NCBI GenBank assembly: GCA_041565275.1
Contig: JBFGVE010000004.1
Location: 1-59,343 of the forward strand
DNA: 59,343 nt
Origin: Bacteroidia bacterium
GTDB lineage: Bacteria; Bacteroidota; Bacteroidia; J057; JADKCL01
Reading direction: 5' to 3'
Part shown: positions 41,272 through 52,028 of the stretch, in pieces
Numbering within the stretch: the first letter of the stretch is position 1
Layout: each line of letters opens with the position of its first letter
The notes under the pieces: model-generated
What the model was told of the DNA's origin: nothing
What the model saw: the letters and a program-made list of their open reading frames with translations, nothing else
The model's database searches: none
Program-made: the position numbers and the translations under genes

Positions 41272-41850
41272 TTAATTCTGCTTAAGTGCTTCTTTTATAA
41301 GCTGTTCTAGGCTGACTTCACTGGTGGAGTTCTTTAAAATGGCATCTACTCTTTTTTCCATTGCAGTTTTTGGCAAGCCTAAACTGGTCAAGGCAGAAAT
41401 GGCTTCTGCCCGCACACTGGAAAAAGCTCCTCCGCTTCCATCCACAGAATCCTCCGTTACTAATTTCCCTTTCAGTTCCAAAATGATTCTTCCCGCTGTC
41501 TTAGCGCCAATTCCCTTTATTCGCTTTAGGGCATTTAGGTCTTCCGACTCCAATACTTGGTACAATTCTTTAGAGGTAATACTAGACAGGATGGTCAGTG
41601 CAGTATTGCCTCCTACTCCGGAAATGGAAATGAGTTGCTTAAAAAGACGCTTTTCCGATCGTTCAAAGAAACCATATAACTCATGGGCATCGTCTTTGAT
41701 CATCAGGTGTGTGTAGAGCTTGACCTTCTCTTCTTTAATTTGTGTATAAGTTTGCAGGGATATCTTTATCTGATACCCGATCCCATTTGTTTCTATTATT
41801 ACAAAAGAAGGGTCTTTATACGTTAGGCGGCCAAAGACAAACGCGATCAT
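41272..41850 (-). CDS. ruvA: Holliday junction branch-migration protein RuvA
   Basis: NGIGY, LYGF, LISISGVGG and IKGIGAKTAGRIILELK motifs. Confidence 0.97.
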   Translation of the reverse strand: MIAFVFGRLTYKDPSFVIIETNGIGYQIKISLQTYTQIKEEKVKLYTHLMIKDDAHELYGFFERSEKRLFKQLISISGVGGNTALTILSSITSKELYQVLESEDLNALKRIKGIGAKTAGRIILELKGKLVTEDSVDGSGGAFSSVRAEAISALTSLGLPKTAMEKRVDAILKNSTSEVSLEQLIKEALKQN

Positions 41851-44117
41851 TTATCTACTCCTTTTGTTTGGGCATCTACCACTGCAATCGCAGCGATGTT
41901 GACTATGTTACGCACTGTACTACCGATCTGGAGAATATGAACCGGGTATTTCATCCCTAGAAGAATGGGTCCGATCACCTCTGCATCCCCCATTTCATCC
42001 ATCAATTTGTAAGCGATATTACTCGCCATCAAGGTCGGAAAAATAAAAGTATTGGCGCCACCGTTTTTGGCAAGAAGACTAAAGGGATAATTCTCTTTCA
42101 AAATATCTAGTCGAATTGCCACATTGGCTTGAATATCTCCGTCAACGATCATATCAGGATAAGTTTTCTGTAGTATGCGAGTGGCATCCCTAACTGCCTC
42201 TGTTTCTTTATCAATATTAGAGCCAAAATTAGAGTATGACAGCAGGGCGATTCTGGGCTTGATCTTGAAGGAAGAAACAGAGTCGTAAACCAATTTTGAG
42301 ATCGCTATCAGATCTTTTGCGGTAGGTGTCTTGTTGACGGTTGTATCAGCAAAAAAAAAGGTTCCCTTTTTAGATTTAACAATGTGCATTCCTGCGACCA
42401 GATGGGTGTCTTTTTGTCGACCAATAGCCTGAAGAGCAGGACGGATTGCAGTTGGATAGGACTTGGTCAAGCCAGCTACAAAAGCATCTCCCCCACCCGT
42501 CTGAACCATCATGGAGCCATAGTAATTTCGGTCACGCATTAATTTTTCCGCGTCTGCAAGAGTAATTCCTTTGCGCTTCCTTTTTTCATAAAACAGTTGA
42601 GCAAACTCTGACCGTTTCTCATCTTCTTCCCGGGAGTCGATGACTTGGGCGTCTCCAAGATCCAGATTGTGGGCTGCAATCAGTTCAGCAATACGCCGTT
42701 TGTTGCCCAGTAAAATAGGAATGGCGATCCCTTCTTCTTGGATAATCTGGGCCGCTTTCAGCACTTTAAAGTTATCTGCATCTCCGAATATGACCACTTT
42801 GGGATCTTCTTGGGCCTGGTGAATGATCTTTCTGGTCAAACCTCCGCTCAATCCTACCCGGTGGTTAAGCTCCTCTTTATAGGCTTCGAAGTCGGCAATT
42901 GGCTTACGGGCAACGCCACTGTCCATTGCCGCTTTTGCGACGGCCATGGAAATCCGGGTGATCAAACGAGGGTCCAGTGGCTTAGGTACAAGGTAATCGT
43001 ACCCAAAGGTCATCATCGTTTTATTGTAAGCCATCAGCACTGACTCGGGGACCGGCTCGTGCGCTAACTCTGCGATGGCCTGAGCTGAAGCTATTTTCAT
43101 GGCTTCATTGATGGAAGTTGCACGTACGTCAAGAGCACCCCGAAAGATGTAAGGGAATCCGAGGGCATTGTTGACTTGATTGGGGAAGTCGGAACGGCCG
43201 GTAGCAATGATGGCATCGTCCCTGACGGAGCGGACATCATCCGGATGAATTTCGGGGTCTGGATTAGCCAGAGCCAAAATAATGGGCCTGGGAGCCATAG
43301 CTGCTACCATTTTTTTGCTGACAACACCCCCCTGAGCCAGCCCAAGCATTACGTCTGCTCCTTCGAAAGCCTCTTCTAGGGTTTTGGCAGCCATAAGGTT
43401 GGCAAAGCGCTCTTTGTATTTGTTGATTCGTTCCCGGCCCCTGTAGATGAGACCCGTGCTATCAAACATGAGAATATTCTCAACCTTGACTCCCATTTCC
43501 ACATAAAGGTTGCCACAGGCAATTGCTGCAGCACCGGCTCCAACGATTATTACTACGATGTCTTCAATTTTTTTTTCTGCCAGGATTAATCCGTTCAGCA
43601 ATGCAGCAGCAGAAATAATGGCAGTACCATGCTGGTCATCATGCATCACAGGGATGTTCAATTCCTCGGACATCCGACGTTCAATCTCAAAGCTTTCCGG
43701 TGCTTTAACGTCTTCAATATTGATGGCGCCAAAGGTAGGCTCCAGAGCTTTGGCGACAGTGACAAACTCGTCGACCGTAGTTGCATTGATTTCAATGTCG
43801 AAGACATCAATACCTGCAAATTTCTTGAAAAGGACGCCTTTTCCTTCCATTACTGGCTTAGCGGCCTCGGGGCCGATATTGCCCAAACCCAGAACGGCAG
43901 TACCGTTGGTCAATACCGCAACGAGGTTGTCACGGGCAGTATATTCATAGACGAGGTCGACATTATTGGCGATCTCCAAACAAGGGAAAGCAACTCCAGG
44001 AGAATAGGCGAGGGAAAGGTCGCGCTCAGTGGAGACGGGTTTGGTAGGGTTGACTTCGATTTTGCCTTTAGGGCTACGGTGGTGGTATGCCAGCGCATCT
44101 TCTTTGCGAATACTCAT
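41847..44117 (-). CDS. maeB: NADP-dependent malic enzyme with phosphotransacetylase-like domain
   Basis: LSLAYSPGVA, PVMEGKGVLFK, HDDQHGTA and ATGRSDFPNQVNN motifs, plus a C-terminal PTA domain. Confidence 0.96.
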   Translation of the reverse strand: MSIRKEDALAYHHRSPKGKIEVNPTKPVSTERDLSLAYSPGVAFPCLEIANNVDLVYEYTARDNLVAVLTNGTAVLGLGNIGPEAAKPVMEGKGVLFKKFAGIDVFDIEINATTVDEFVTVAKALEPTFGAINIEDVKAPESFEIERRMSEELNIPVMHDDQHGTAIISAAALLNGLILAEKKIEDIVVIIVGAGAAAIACGNLYVEMGVKVENILMFDSTGLIYRGRERINKYKERFANLMAAKTLEEAFEGADVMLGLAQGGVVSKKMVAAMAPRPIILALANPDPEIHPDDVRSVRDDAIIATGRSDFPNQVNNALGFPYIFRGALDVRATSINEAMKIASAQAIAELAHEPVPESVLMAYNKTMMTFGYDYLVPKPLDPRLITRISMAVAKAAMDSGVARKPIADFEAYKEELNHRVGLSGGLTRKIIHQAQEDPKVVIFGDADNFKVLKAAQIIQEEGIAIPILLGNKRRIAELIAAHNLDLGDAQVIDSREEDEKRSEFAQLFYEKRKRKGITLADAEKLMRDRNYYGSMMVQTGGGDAFVAGLTKSYPTAIRPALQAIGRQKDTHLVAGMHIVKSKKGTFFFADTTVNKTPTAKDLIAISKLVYDSVSSFKIKPRIALLSYSNFGSNIDKETEAVRDATRILQKTYPDMIVDGDIQANVAIRLDILKENYPFSLLAKNGGANTFIFPTLMASNIAYKLMDEMGDAEVIGPILLGMKYPVHILQIGSTVRNIVNIAAIAVVDAQTKGVDK

Positions 44118-44204
44118 ACTACAAGTATAGTGAAAAAGAAGAAGGATTCATCCAGTTACATGTTTCATAAATAACTGTTTACCAACTGGTAGCTGAAATG
44201 CCTT

Positions 44205-47200
44205 TTAATCTTCAACTATAACTTTTCCATTCCACTGTGTTCCATCAACCTGAGCCTTTAGGAAGTAAATACCTGGAACGATATCACCCAGATCAATTTC
44301 CAGAGTCTCCGACCCGCCCTCCTCTCCAAATACCCCGATCATTTTTCCGATTGCATCATAAATCCGGACCTCACTGTGGGCTGCGGGGAACTCCAGATTG
44401 ACCCGGCCTGTGGCCGGATTCGGATACACTACCACTACCGCTTCTGAAGGATCACCAAGGTTGACCAATTCTTCCTCAACAATGATCCCAAAGTCTTCGA
44501 CCTCTCCGAATGCATTTTCGCAGGGGCTTGCTACTGGTGACGGACATTCGTAAATATTACGGACACGCATCACAACCGTGTCCAGCACAGCATTGGCAGG
44601 AACAGCGACCGTGCCAGTTGTCGTTTTAAAGGCATTAGGGCCAGACATGATTATTTGCTCATTGGTTTCAAAGATAAAATTATTGTTCCAGTCGATCCAG
44701 GCAAATACCGAATCACAAATGAAGAAGAAGTTCAGGGTGACTTCCAAAGGATAACTGGAGCCCCGATTCAGCTTGGTCTGGACAGAAGGGAAATAGTCCG
44801 TGTAGTAGTTCTGGCCTGAATTCTGACTGATGGTATTGAGAGCCACATTGACGATGTAATCTGCGCCCGTGCCATTGCTGCCTGAGGCATTACATAAGAT
44901 CGCCTCTTTGACCCTGTAAACGATCTTGTCAGTCCTGGCGGTATCGGCATCAATATCCTCAGCCCTCACCCTGAAATAGACCTGCTGGCCTATGGTTTGG
45001 GGTGGGATTGCAGTGGATGTCTTGAAAGTATCGTTGCCGAGTAAACCCATGGGAAGCATGTTGGGGAAATTCACCCCGTCCAGGCCCCAATATAGATTGA
45101 CGTTGTTCAAAGGGTCGGGGCTGCGAACTACCGCTTTAACATGAACGCTGTCCATATTAGAAGGCCGTTTTGAAGTGTTAACTGCGGGGTCAATGTCAAT
45201 GCGAACAATCCTCGGAGCACTGGCGGCATCCGGCAGGGGAGCTTCAAATACGCCTCTCCCGAAAATGCCTGCCCGAATGGTGTTGGCACCATGTAAAATT
45301 TCCAAATCGCGGATCGGTTGGACAGGCAGGCTGTCCGAGTACTGGACCCAATTCAGGTTCAGGCTATCCCGGAACCAGACCCCACCATCCTGCCCGATGA
45401 ATAGCCGGTCCAGCCAACTGTCTTGCCAAACCGCAACCTGCACCGGTAAGTTTGGCAGTCCATTGCTGATATTGGTCCAGGTACCGCCACCGTCCATTGA
45501 CTCGTAGACCTTGTTGGAGGAATTGAATCCAGAATGCGTGGTAACAACCCGTAGAGGATCCCGGGGATGCACAGCGATCCGGGTGATGCTTTGGCTGGGT
45601 AGTCCCGCCGAAACCTCTGTCCAGTTCAGACCATTATCGTAAGAAGCAAAGATACGGCTATCGCGAGCTGCATAGAGGTAATTTGAATCGCTGGGGGCGA
45701 TTGCCAGATGCTTTAGGTTTCCCAGAAAAGAGAAATCTTCGAGGGCAGTCCAACTGTCACCGTGATCGGTGGACTTGAAAAGAGTATCAAATCCGGCAAA
45801 CAGAGTGCTTTCATTGAGACGGTCCAGTACAGTCGGTGTCACCCAGTCACCATTTCCGGTATTGGGCTTGATGCCTTGAATAGAGGATCCGAAGTCATTG
45901 GTACGCCGCATTCCCCCAAATTGCCAGTTACCATACCAGATCTCCGGGATGGCCCAGTTGACATGGCAGTCCATACCGTCTCCTCCAAACCATTCGTACC
46001 AGGTAGAATCATATAGTATACTGGTTCCATTGTCCTGAGAACCACCAACCACGATGTCTGTTCGCATCTCAGAAGTTCCGATCCGGTAAAATTCACGCAC
46101 GCCTGTCCCGGAGTTGTTGACTTGGGTCCATGTATTGCCATTGTCGGTGCTTTGACCGAGATAGCCGTCTGTTCCCAGGTAGATGGTCCCATTCCAGCTA
46201 CGGACAACCCGTCCGTCAGCATGTAGATAATTGGGAGCGGAAGCATTGACCCAGGGGCCAAATAAAGTCCAATTCTGTCCACCATCGGTAGAAATAAATT
46301 GGTCCAGGCTACCGAAAATACAAAGGTTGTGGTCGGCATCTGAGACACCAAAGGTCATCAGGCCAGCAGGAGCATTACCTTGATTGGTGAAATTCTGCGC
46401 ATAGTCGGTAGATTTCCATATACCTGAACTTGACGCAAAATAAACAGCTGAAGACAAGTCGGGCGTGGTGCAAAGGCGTGGTGCAGAATTGTTATTGCCG
46501 CTGATCGTGGTGGAATCCGGCCAAGTCAAGCCCCCGTTAAAAGAAGTAATGATCTGGTTACGGTCGCTGTTTTTGACCAGGTAGATATGTTGTGAGTTCG
46601 AGGGGTCTAGGGCATAGCTACGGACCCTTCCGCTTAAGATCAGACTCCAGTTGGCCCCCCCGTCCACGGACCGGTAGAACCCATCTTCACCACTCAAATA
46701 CATAGTATCGGGATTGTTCTCAACGATCGTCATGTCATAGAGCCGCTCGGTATTGTTTCCAAAACTGAGAGAGGTCGTATTCCATGTTTCTCCAAAGTCG
46801 GAAGAATACATCAGTCCCAGGCTGTATCCGGTTGCATGACGTGTTACGATCCAAACCTCATTGTGTGAATTCGGATTGACCTCAAGGTCAACCACGCCCA
46901 CCGCAGGCAAGTCCTGGGTCGTTGAACGCCAAGAGGACCCCCCATCTACCGTTTTCCAAAACCCTCCGTTGCGAGCCCCCAGGAATATGGTATCATTTGT
47001 CGCGAATCCGGCCCATACGGTTTCGATGCGACCTACCCCCGAGGCATAACTTGGAGAAAGAAGGTTGTTGGCGTAACTGGGACCCATTTCCCGCCAATGC
47101 TCACCTGGTGCTGCGCTTGTCCGTTGACCGATTTGCTCTAATCGAACCCGGCTCATTTCATTGTAGAGCTGTGCCGGATCGAAATTGCTTCGGTCACCGC

Positions 47201-47423
47201 TGGGGTAAAACATGGGTTCTATGGCATTCCGCCAACGCATATATCCTTTGAAACCGGACCCCTGCCCCTTGTCATGGGTAGTGAAATAGGCTTCAGCAGC
47301 TTCGATTACTTCATAGACATTGTAGCGAGTATCGGACATCATTTCCTTGTAGCTGGGTTTCTGGGCTACTAACTGCAAGGGGATGGAAAAACTACATAGC
47401 AGGGTAAGAAGCCATTTATTCAT
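44205..47423 (-). CDS. Secreted BNR/Asp-box (VPS10-like) beta-propeller protein with GEVED domain and T9SS type A CTD
   Basis: Repeated SxDxGxxW boxes, GGSQDNGT, AWIDWNNN...GEVED and a YPNPA...GIYFLK...KVI tail. Confidence 0.88.
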   Translation of the reverse strand: MNKWLLTLLCSFSIPLQLVAQKPSYKEMMSDTRYNVYEVIEAAEAYFTTHDKGQGSGFKGYMRWRNAIEPMFYPSGDRSNFDPAQLYNEMSRVRLEQIGQRTSAAPGEHWREMGPSYANNLLSPSYASGVGRIETVWAGFATNDTIFLGARNGGFWKTVDGGSSWRSTTQDLPAVGVVDLEVNPNSHNEVWIVTRHATGYSLGLMYSSDFGETWNTTSLSFGNNTERLYDMTIVENNPDTMYLSGEDGFYRSVDGGANWSLILSGRVRSYALDPSNSQHIYLVKNSDRNQIITSFNGGLTWPDSTTISGNNNSAPRLCTTPDLSSAVYFASSSGIWKSTDYAQNFTNQGNAPAGLMTFGVSDADHNLCIFGSLDQFISTDGGQNWTLFGPWVNASAPNYLHADGRVVRSWNGTIYLGTDGYLGQSTDNGNTWTQVNNSGTGVREFYRIGTSEMRTDIVVGGSQDNGTSILYDSTWYEWFGGDGMDCHVNWAIPEIWYGNWQFGGMRRTNDFGSSIQGIKPNTGNGDWVTPTVLDRLNESTLFAGFDTLFKSTDHGDSWTALEDFSFLGNLKHLAIAPSDSNYLYAARDSRIFASYDNGLNWTEVSAGLPSQSITRIAVHPRDPLRVVTTHSGFNSSNKVYESMDGGGTWTNISNGLPNLPVQVAVWQDSWLDRLFIGQDGGVWFRDSLNLNWVQYSDSLPVQPIRDLEILHGANTIRAGIFGRGVFEAPLPDAASAPRIVRIDIDPAVNTSKRPSNMDSVHVKAVVRSPDPLNNVNLYWGLDGVNFPNMLPMGLLGNDTFKTSTAIPPQTIGQQVYFRVRAEDIDADTARTDKIVYRVKEAILCNASGSNGTGADYIVNVALNTISQNSGQNYYTDYFPSVQTKLNRGSSYPLEVTLNFFFICDSVFAWIDWNNNFIFETNEQIIMSGPNAFKTTTGTVAVPANAVLDTVVMRVRNIYECPSPVASPCENAFGEVEDFGIIVEEELVNLGDPSEAVVVVYPNPATGRVNLEFPAAHSEVRIYDAIGKMIGVFGEEGGSETLEIDLGDIVPGIYFLKAQVDGTQWNGKVIVED

Positions 47424-47631
47424 CGCAAATTGAGGTTATAAGTGTTGATATCAATATATAAGTAGTGATATTAATGTATATGATTATTATTAGAAATACA
47501 ACTGTACAGTACAATTACGTCCGTTCAAACATATAAATGATTTTAAAATTAGGTTTAAAACAAAAGATTGGACCGTAAGGTTATTTCCGTGTTAAAATGC
47601 GTACTTTTAAAAAAATCAAATTACAACTAAT

Positions 47632-49362
47632 ATGAAAAGACTTCTTACACTTTCAGCTCTATTGCTTCTCTTCACGGGAAGCGTGTTCGCTCAGTCCGCA
47701 AGAGTGCAAGTTATTCACAACTCGGCTGACACAGCGGTATCTACCGTTGATGTATGGCTTACGGTTCCAATAGTTGGTTCACAGAAGTTGCTTGACGACT
47801 TCTCATTCCACACCGCCTCCCCCTTCATTGATGCTCCCGCCTCGGTTCCGTTTCAAATCGGTGTTGCTCCAAGTAACAGTACAACTGTGGATGACACTAT
47901 TGCGAACTTCACCTTTCTTGGCTTAAACGCTAATGATACCTATGTGATCGTCGCCAACGGCATCTTTAGTGCTTCAGGTTACTCACCCGCTCCCCCACTT
48001 AGCTTGGATCTTTTCACTTTTGGTAAGGAAGCTGCAGATTCCGCTGGGTTCACCGACGTACTGGTAGCCCACGGTTCTACTGATGCTCCTACGGTAGATG
48101 TAGTGGAAGTTGGCGTTGGTGCAGGTACCATCGTGGACGATGTCTCTTATCAAGACTTTTTAGGTTATCTTAATCTTCCCACAGCCGACTACTCGTTGCA
48201 GATCCGCACTGGCGATGGCAATACCGCTGTTGCTCAGTTTGGTGCTCCCCTTTCTTCCTTGAGTTTGCAAGATTCCGCAATTGTAGTTGTCGCTTCTGGC
48301 TTTTTGGATCCAATGAATAATAGCAATGGTGAACCTTTTGGTCTTTGGGTAGCAATTCCCAGTGGTGGACCCATGACGCAGTTACCGGCTGAAACGATTT
48401 CTACTGCTCGCTTACAAGTCATTCACAATTGTGCTGACACTGCTGCCTCTACCGTTGACGTGTGGTTAAATGACGTACTTCTTCTCGATGATTTCAACTT
48501 CCGTGACGGTTCCGGATTCGTTGATGCTCCAGTAGTTACTCCATTTGATATCACCATTTCAGCTTCTTCTTCAACCGATACTACCAATCCGGTTTGGCGC
48601 AATACCTATACTTTGGCTGAAGGTGACAAGTGTATTCTTGTAGCTGAAGGTATTGTGAGTCCTACCGGGTATTCCCCTTCTCCTGCTTTTGACCTGAATG
48701 CATATATGGGTGCTCTTGAGCAATCAGCCACAGTTGGGAACGTCAGTGTTCTCGTTTACCACGGGTCAACCGATGCACCTACAGTAGATGTAGAAGAGAC
48801 CAGTGTGCCAGCAGGTGTTATCGTTGATGACATTTCATACTCCGAATTTTCCGGCTACCTCGATCTTGCTTCCCTGGATTACACCCTCAACATCAATGTT
48901 TCCTCCGACAGCACAACGGTGGTTTCATATGAAGCTCCGTTGAACACCTTGAACTTGGCTGACAGTGCTATTACGATGGTTGCTTCCGGGTTCCTTGATC
49001 CAAGCGTGAACAGTGACGGTCCTTCCTTCGGTCTTTGGGTTGCAACAACTTCCGCAGGCCCAATGATACCACTCTCAGTTGTTACTAATATCAAGGATTT
49101 GGTTTCAGGTGCCGAGATCAAGCTTTTTCCGAACCCAACAACCGATCTGCTAAATGTAGAGATGAAGGGCCTGAAAGCTGGCAAAAGTGTTGTTACAGTT
49201 ACCGACCTCAATGGCCGTCAGATCGCACGACGCCACTTCGGTATTCAGTCTGGCAACGCCAAACTCCAGATGGATCTGTCAAATGTTCCCACTGGCCTCT
49301 ATATGATCAATCTTCAGCAAGGAGAATACCAAGTCAGCGAGAAGATCCAAGTCATCCATTAA
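47632..49362 (+). CDS. DUF4397-repeat protein with T9SS type A CTD
   Basis: Duplicated AR(V/L)QVIHNxADTA..TVDVWL and HGSTDAPTVDV modules, and an FPNPT...GLYMI...KIQV tail. Confidence 0.88.
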   Translation: MKRLLTLSALLLLFTGSVFAQSARVQVIHNSADTAVSTVDVWLTVPIVGSQKLLDDFSFHTASPFIDAPASVPFQIGVAPSNSTTVDDTIANFTFLGLNANDTYVIVANGIFSASGYSPAPPLSLDLFTFGKEAADSAGFTDVLVAHGSTDAPTVDVVEVGVGAGTIVDDVSYQDFLGYLNLPTADYSLQIRTGDGNTAVAQFGAPLSSLSLQDSAIVVVASGFLDPMNNSNGEPFGLWVAIPSGGPMTQLPAETISTARLQVIHNCADTAASTVDVWLNDVLLLDDFNFRDGSGFVDAPVVTPFDITISASSSTDTTNPVWRNTYTLAEGDKCILVAEGIVSPTGYSPSPAFDLNAYMGALEQSATVGNVSVLVYHGSTDAPTVDVEETSVPAGVIVDDISYSEFSGYLDLASLDYTLNINVSSDSTTVVSYEAPLNTLNLADSAITMVASGFLDPSVNSDGPSFGLWVATTSAGPMIPLSVVTNIKDLVSGAEIKLFPNPTTDLLNVEMKGLKAGKSVVTVTDLNGRQIARRHFGIQSGNAKLQMDLSNVPTGLYMINLQQGEYQVSEKIQVIH

Positions 49363-49390
49363 AGGAAAGTACTTGTATCGAAGTTATCCA

Positions 49391-49424
49391 AGAGTGGACC
49401 TTACAGGAGGTCCACTCTTTTTTT
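49391..49424 (+). terminator. Rho-independent terminator
   Basis: AGAGTGGACC-TTACAGGA-GGTCCACTCT followed by a T run. Confidence 0.9.
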
Positions 49425-49482
49425 GGGCCCGCACTGACAATTAATATAATCTCTGATATATCTACTAACTTGCGCAGCTTAA

Positions 49483-50730
49483 ATGACAGAGAAGAACATA
49501 TCCTCTAAAAGTCAAAGCCTCTTTCCGGTGCTATTGGCAACTTTCATAGATCTTCTTGGGATAGGTATCGTGATTCCTGTTTTAGCGCCTTTGATGGTGT
49601 CCAACACTACAGGAATGTTTGAAGCCGGGATCAGTGAGGATACGCGGGAGATCCTCTATGGTCTTCTGATTGCATCTTACCCGATTGCCCAGTTCTTTGG
49701 TGCCCCAACTCTCGGTACATTATCTGACCGATACGGGCGAAAACCTATCCTTGAGTTTGCCTTACTTGGGAGTGCAGTGGGGTACGGGTTATTCGCCATT
49801 GGCGTCATCTATGATAGCCTTCCCATTCTTTTTTTTTCGAGAATATTAGACGGATTTACAGGAGGAAATATTTCCATTGTCTATTCGGCGGTGGCAGATA
49901 TCAGTACCTCCCGGAATAAGGCCCGGAATTTCGGATTGATTGGGATGATGTTTGGGATTGGTTTTGTTGTAGGGCCCTTCGTTGGAGGGGTTTTGGCAGA
50001 CAGCACCCTGGTATCTTGGTTCAATCCTTCGCTTCCTTTCTGGGTAGCTTCTGGTTTGTGTTTCTTCAATTTGCTGGCGGTCCGGGTGATGTTCAAGGAA
50101 ACCCTCCATGAACTGTTCCATCAGAAAGTAGATTTTCTAGCAGGCTTTAAGAACATGGTACTGGCCTTTTCTTTACCTAACCTCCGCAACCTCTTTATCA
50201 CAACTTTTCTTGCTGGTCTCGGGTTTGCATTCTTTACTCAATTTTTTCAGGTATTGCTGATCAAGCGTTGGTCTTTTGGAGAAAGTGAAATCGGGTATTT
50301 CTTCGGATTCATCGGAATTTGCATTGCTTTGGTGCAAGGGGGGCTAATGCGACCTGTCTCCAAGCGATTTCGATCAGATCAAATTCCAGGAGTGACCCTC
50401 TTTGGGTTGGCGATTGCGATTGCGACCAATGTGTTTACTACCGAAGCCTGGATGGCATTTGCCATCATTCCTCTAATTGCCATTTTTCATGGCCTTGGTT
50501 ACCCAAACCTGGCAGCACTTGTCTCTGATGAAGCCACCCCGGAGCAACAGGGGCGCGTTATGGGGATCAATCAATCGATCAATTCTGTGGCCATTGCAGT
50601 TCCCTCAGTCATGGCTGGGTTCTTAGGAACCATTAATTACAACCTTCCTACCATTGCTGCTGCTTTCTTTACCCTGTTGGCTGGTTTGAGTTTTCACTTC
50701 CTCTTCAAGGCCCATCGCAATAAGAAATAG
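49483..50730 (+). CDS. MFS transporter (TetA/DHA1-like)
   Basis: GTLSDRYGRKP motif A, RILDGFTGGN and FGIGFVVGPFVGG motif C; about 12 TM. Confidence 0.92.
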   Translation: MTEKNISSKSQSLFPVLLATFIDLLGIGIVIPVLAPLMVSNTTGMFEAGISEDTREILYGLLIASYPIAQFFGAPTLGTLSDRYGRKPILEFALLGSAVGYGLFAIGVIYDSLPILFFSRILDGFTGGNISIVYSAVADISTSRNKARNFGLIGMMFGIGFVVGPFVGGVLADSTLVSWFNPSLPFWVASGLCFFNLLAVRVMFKETLHELFHQKVDFLAGFKNMVLAFSLPNLRNLFITTFLAGLGFAFFTQFFQVLLIKRWSFGESEIGYFFGFIGICIALVQGGLMRPVSKRFRSDQIPGVTLFGLAIAIATNVFTTEAWMAFAIIPLIAIFHGLGYPNLAALVSDEATPEQQGRVMGINQSINSVAIAVPSVMAGFLGTINYNLPTIAAAFFTLLAGLSFHFLFKAHRNKK

Positions 50731-50816
50731 CGATCCACGAAGCTCCTGCTGAACCAGAAAGGGCAACCGAATCAGCAGTTCAGGCCCCAACCAGAAAGGG
50801 CAACCGAAACTACAAC

Positions 50817-51332
50817 TCAGTAAGGGACAATGTGTGCACTTTTCATCTTAGGCAGAAACTGCCTGATAATGCGTGCTCCATCCTGTAATTCCTGGAAAGG
50901 ATTCAGGAAAGAGTCTGAGCTTTCTTTCCCCTGGCAGGCTCCAGCGCAGTTTTTCCCTTCACATGTCTCGTTGTCAATTCCGGATAAAACTGGGCAGAGT
51001 CCATATTGACTGATCTTGTTTTTCAAGGCAGCGATTGCATCTGCCGGGGTGGAAAATTCACCCATGTTTTCTTTGCCTTTACGATGGGAACCTATGTAAA
51101 GCCGTGTATATTTTACGGTACAAAGCTTAGGCCGTTTAAATTCAATGCCTAGACGTTTAAACGACTCTTTTAAAAATTTGTAATCAAACCCGACGTTGTG
51201 GGCAACAAATACACTCCCTGCCGTCATATCCAGGATAGTAGAGGTGAGTTCCCGAAATGTAGGGGAGCAGGCTACCATTTCATTGCAAACATGATCGACT
51301 TGCGTGATTAAATTTATGCTGTGAATGATCAA
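50817..51332 (-). pseudogene. Remnant of a DEDDh exonuclease (DnaQ-like; probably an exonuclease-GIY-YIG fusion)
   Basis: It keeps PTF...VFVAHNVGFDYKFL...LCTV and a C-terminal LC...CAGACQGKES cluster, but lacks the ExoI (DxETTG) and ExoIII (HRA..D) motifs and the GIY-YIG region. Confidence 0.7.
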
Positions 51333-51351
51333 TATAGAGGTAAGTTCAGGC

Positions 51352-51966
51352 TTATTTCAACCTTAGCCGCATGCCGACCGTAAAATTGTGAATAGTTAAC
51401 CAGGGCCTTAACCGGGGATTGCTTTGTAGGTTGGAGAGGCCCACGGACCAGCGGGCAAAAATACCAGCTCGCTCGATGAAGTAATAAGTAGCACCTACAT
51501 GAACCTCAGAAGAAAATCTTCTGAAGGCTTCAGTATTGTCAACGGTAAACGGCACTAGGCCGCTTTTTGCGGACAGCAATACATTTCCAGAAAGGCCGAA
51601 TTCTCCGTTTATTTGGCCTGTTGAGATTTTTTTCCGGTAGATTAACAGGACTGGGAGATCAATGTAACGAAGTGCTATCCGGCCAACTCCAGCCTCCCGG
51701 CTACCCCGCAGAGAATTGCCAATCTCCATCTGAAGGGCCAAGCGGTCGCTGAAGTTGTAGTAGACAAACCCTCCCAGTTGATAGCCCCAGAAATTATATC
51801 CTCCCCACATATCTCCATCGATTTGGCTAGAGGTAAAGCCAACTGCCACGCCTCCTTTAAATCCTTGAGCCAATGATTCTTTGGAGAAATGAACGATAAA
51901 AAACACCAAGAGCAGTGCGGTAATGGAACAAGATCTCACTTTTGAAAAGAAGAATGAGTACACCAT
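51352..51966 (-). CDS. Outer-membrane beta-barrel (PorT-like/OMP_b-brl) protein
   Basis: Signal peptide, SQIDGD...GY and LRYIDLPVL motifs; size consistent with 8 strands. Confidence 0.78.
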   Translation of the reverse strand: MVYSFFFSKVRSCSITALLLVFFIVHFSKESLAQGFKGGVAVGFTSSQIDGDMWGGYNFWGYQLGGFVYYNFSDRLALQMEIGNSLRGSREAGVGRIALRYIDLPVLLIYRKKISTGQINGEFGLSGNVLLSAKSGLVPFTVDNTEAFRRFSSEVHVGATYYFIERAGIFARWSVGLSNLQSNPRLRPWLTIHNFTVGMRLRLK

Positions 51967-52028
51967 CCGTCAAATTAGGGAAATTCCATCATATTTAACT
52001 TTTTTCATTCTGAAGGGAACTGTAATTT

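Noticed and set aside
42351-42359. A9 tract in maeB as a phase-variation site
   Set aside because: It encodes Phe codons in an intact housekeeping frame; no evidence of switching.
47632-49362. Internal duplication in the DUF4397 protein
   Set aside because: Normal modular architecture for T9SS cargo.
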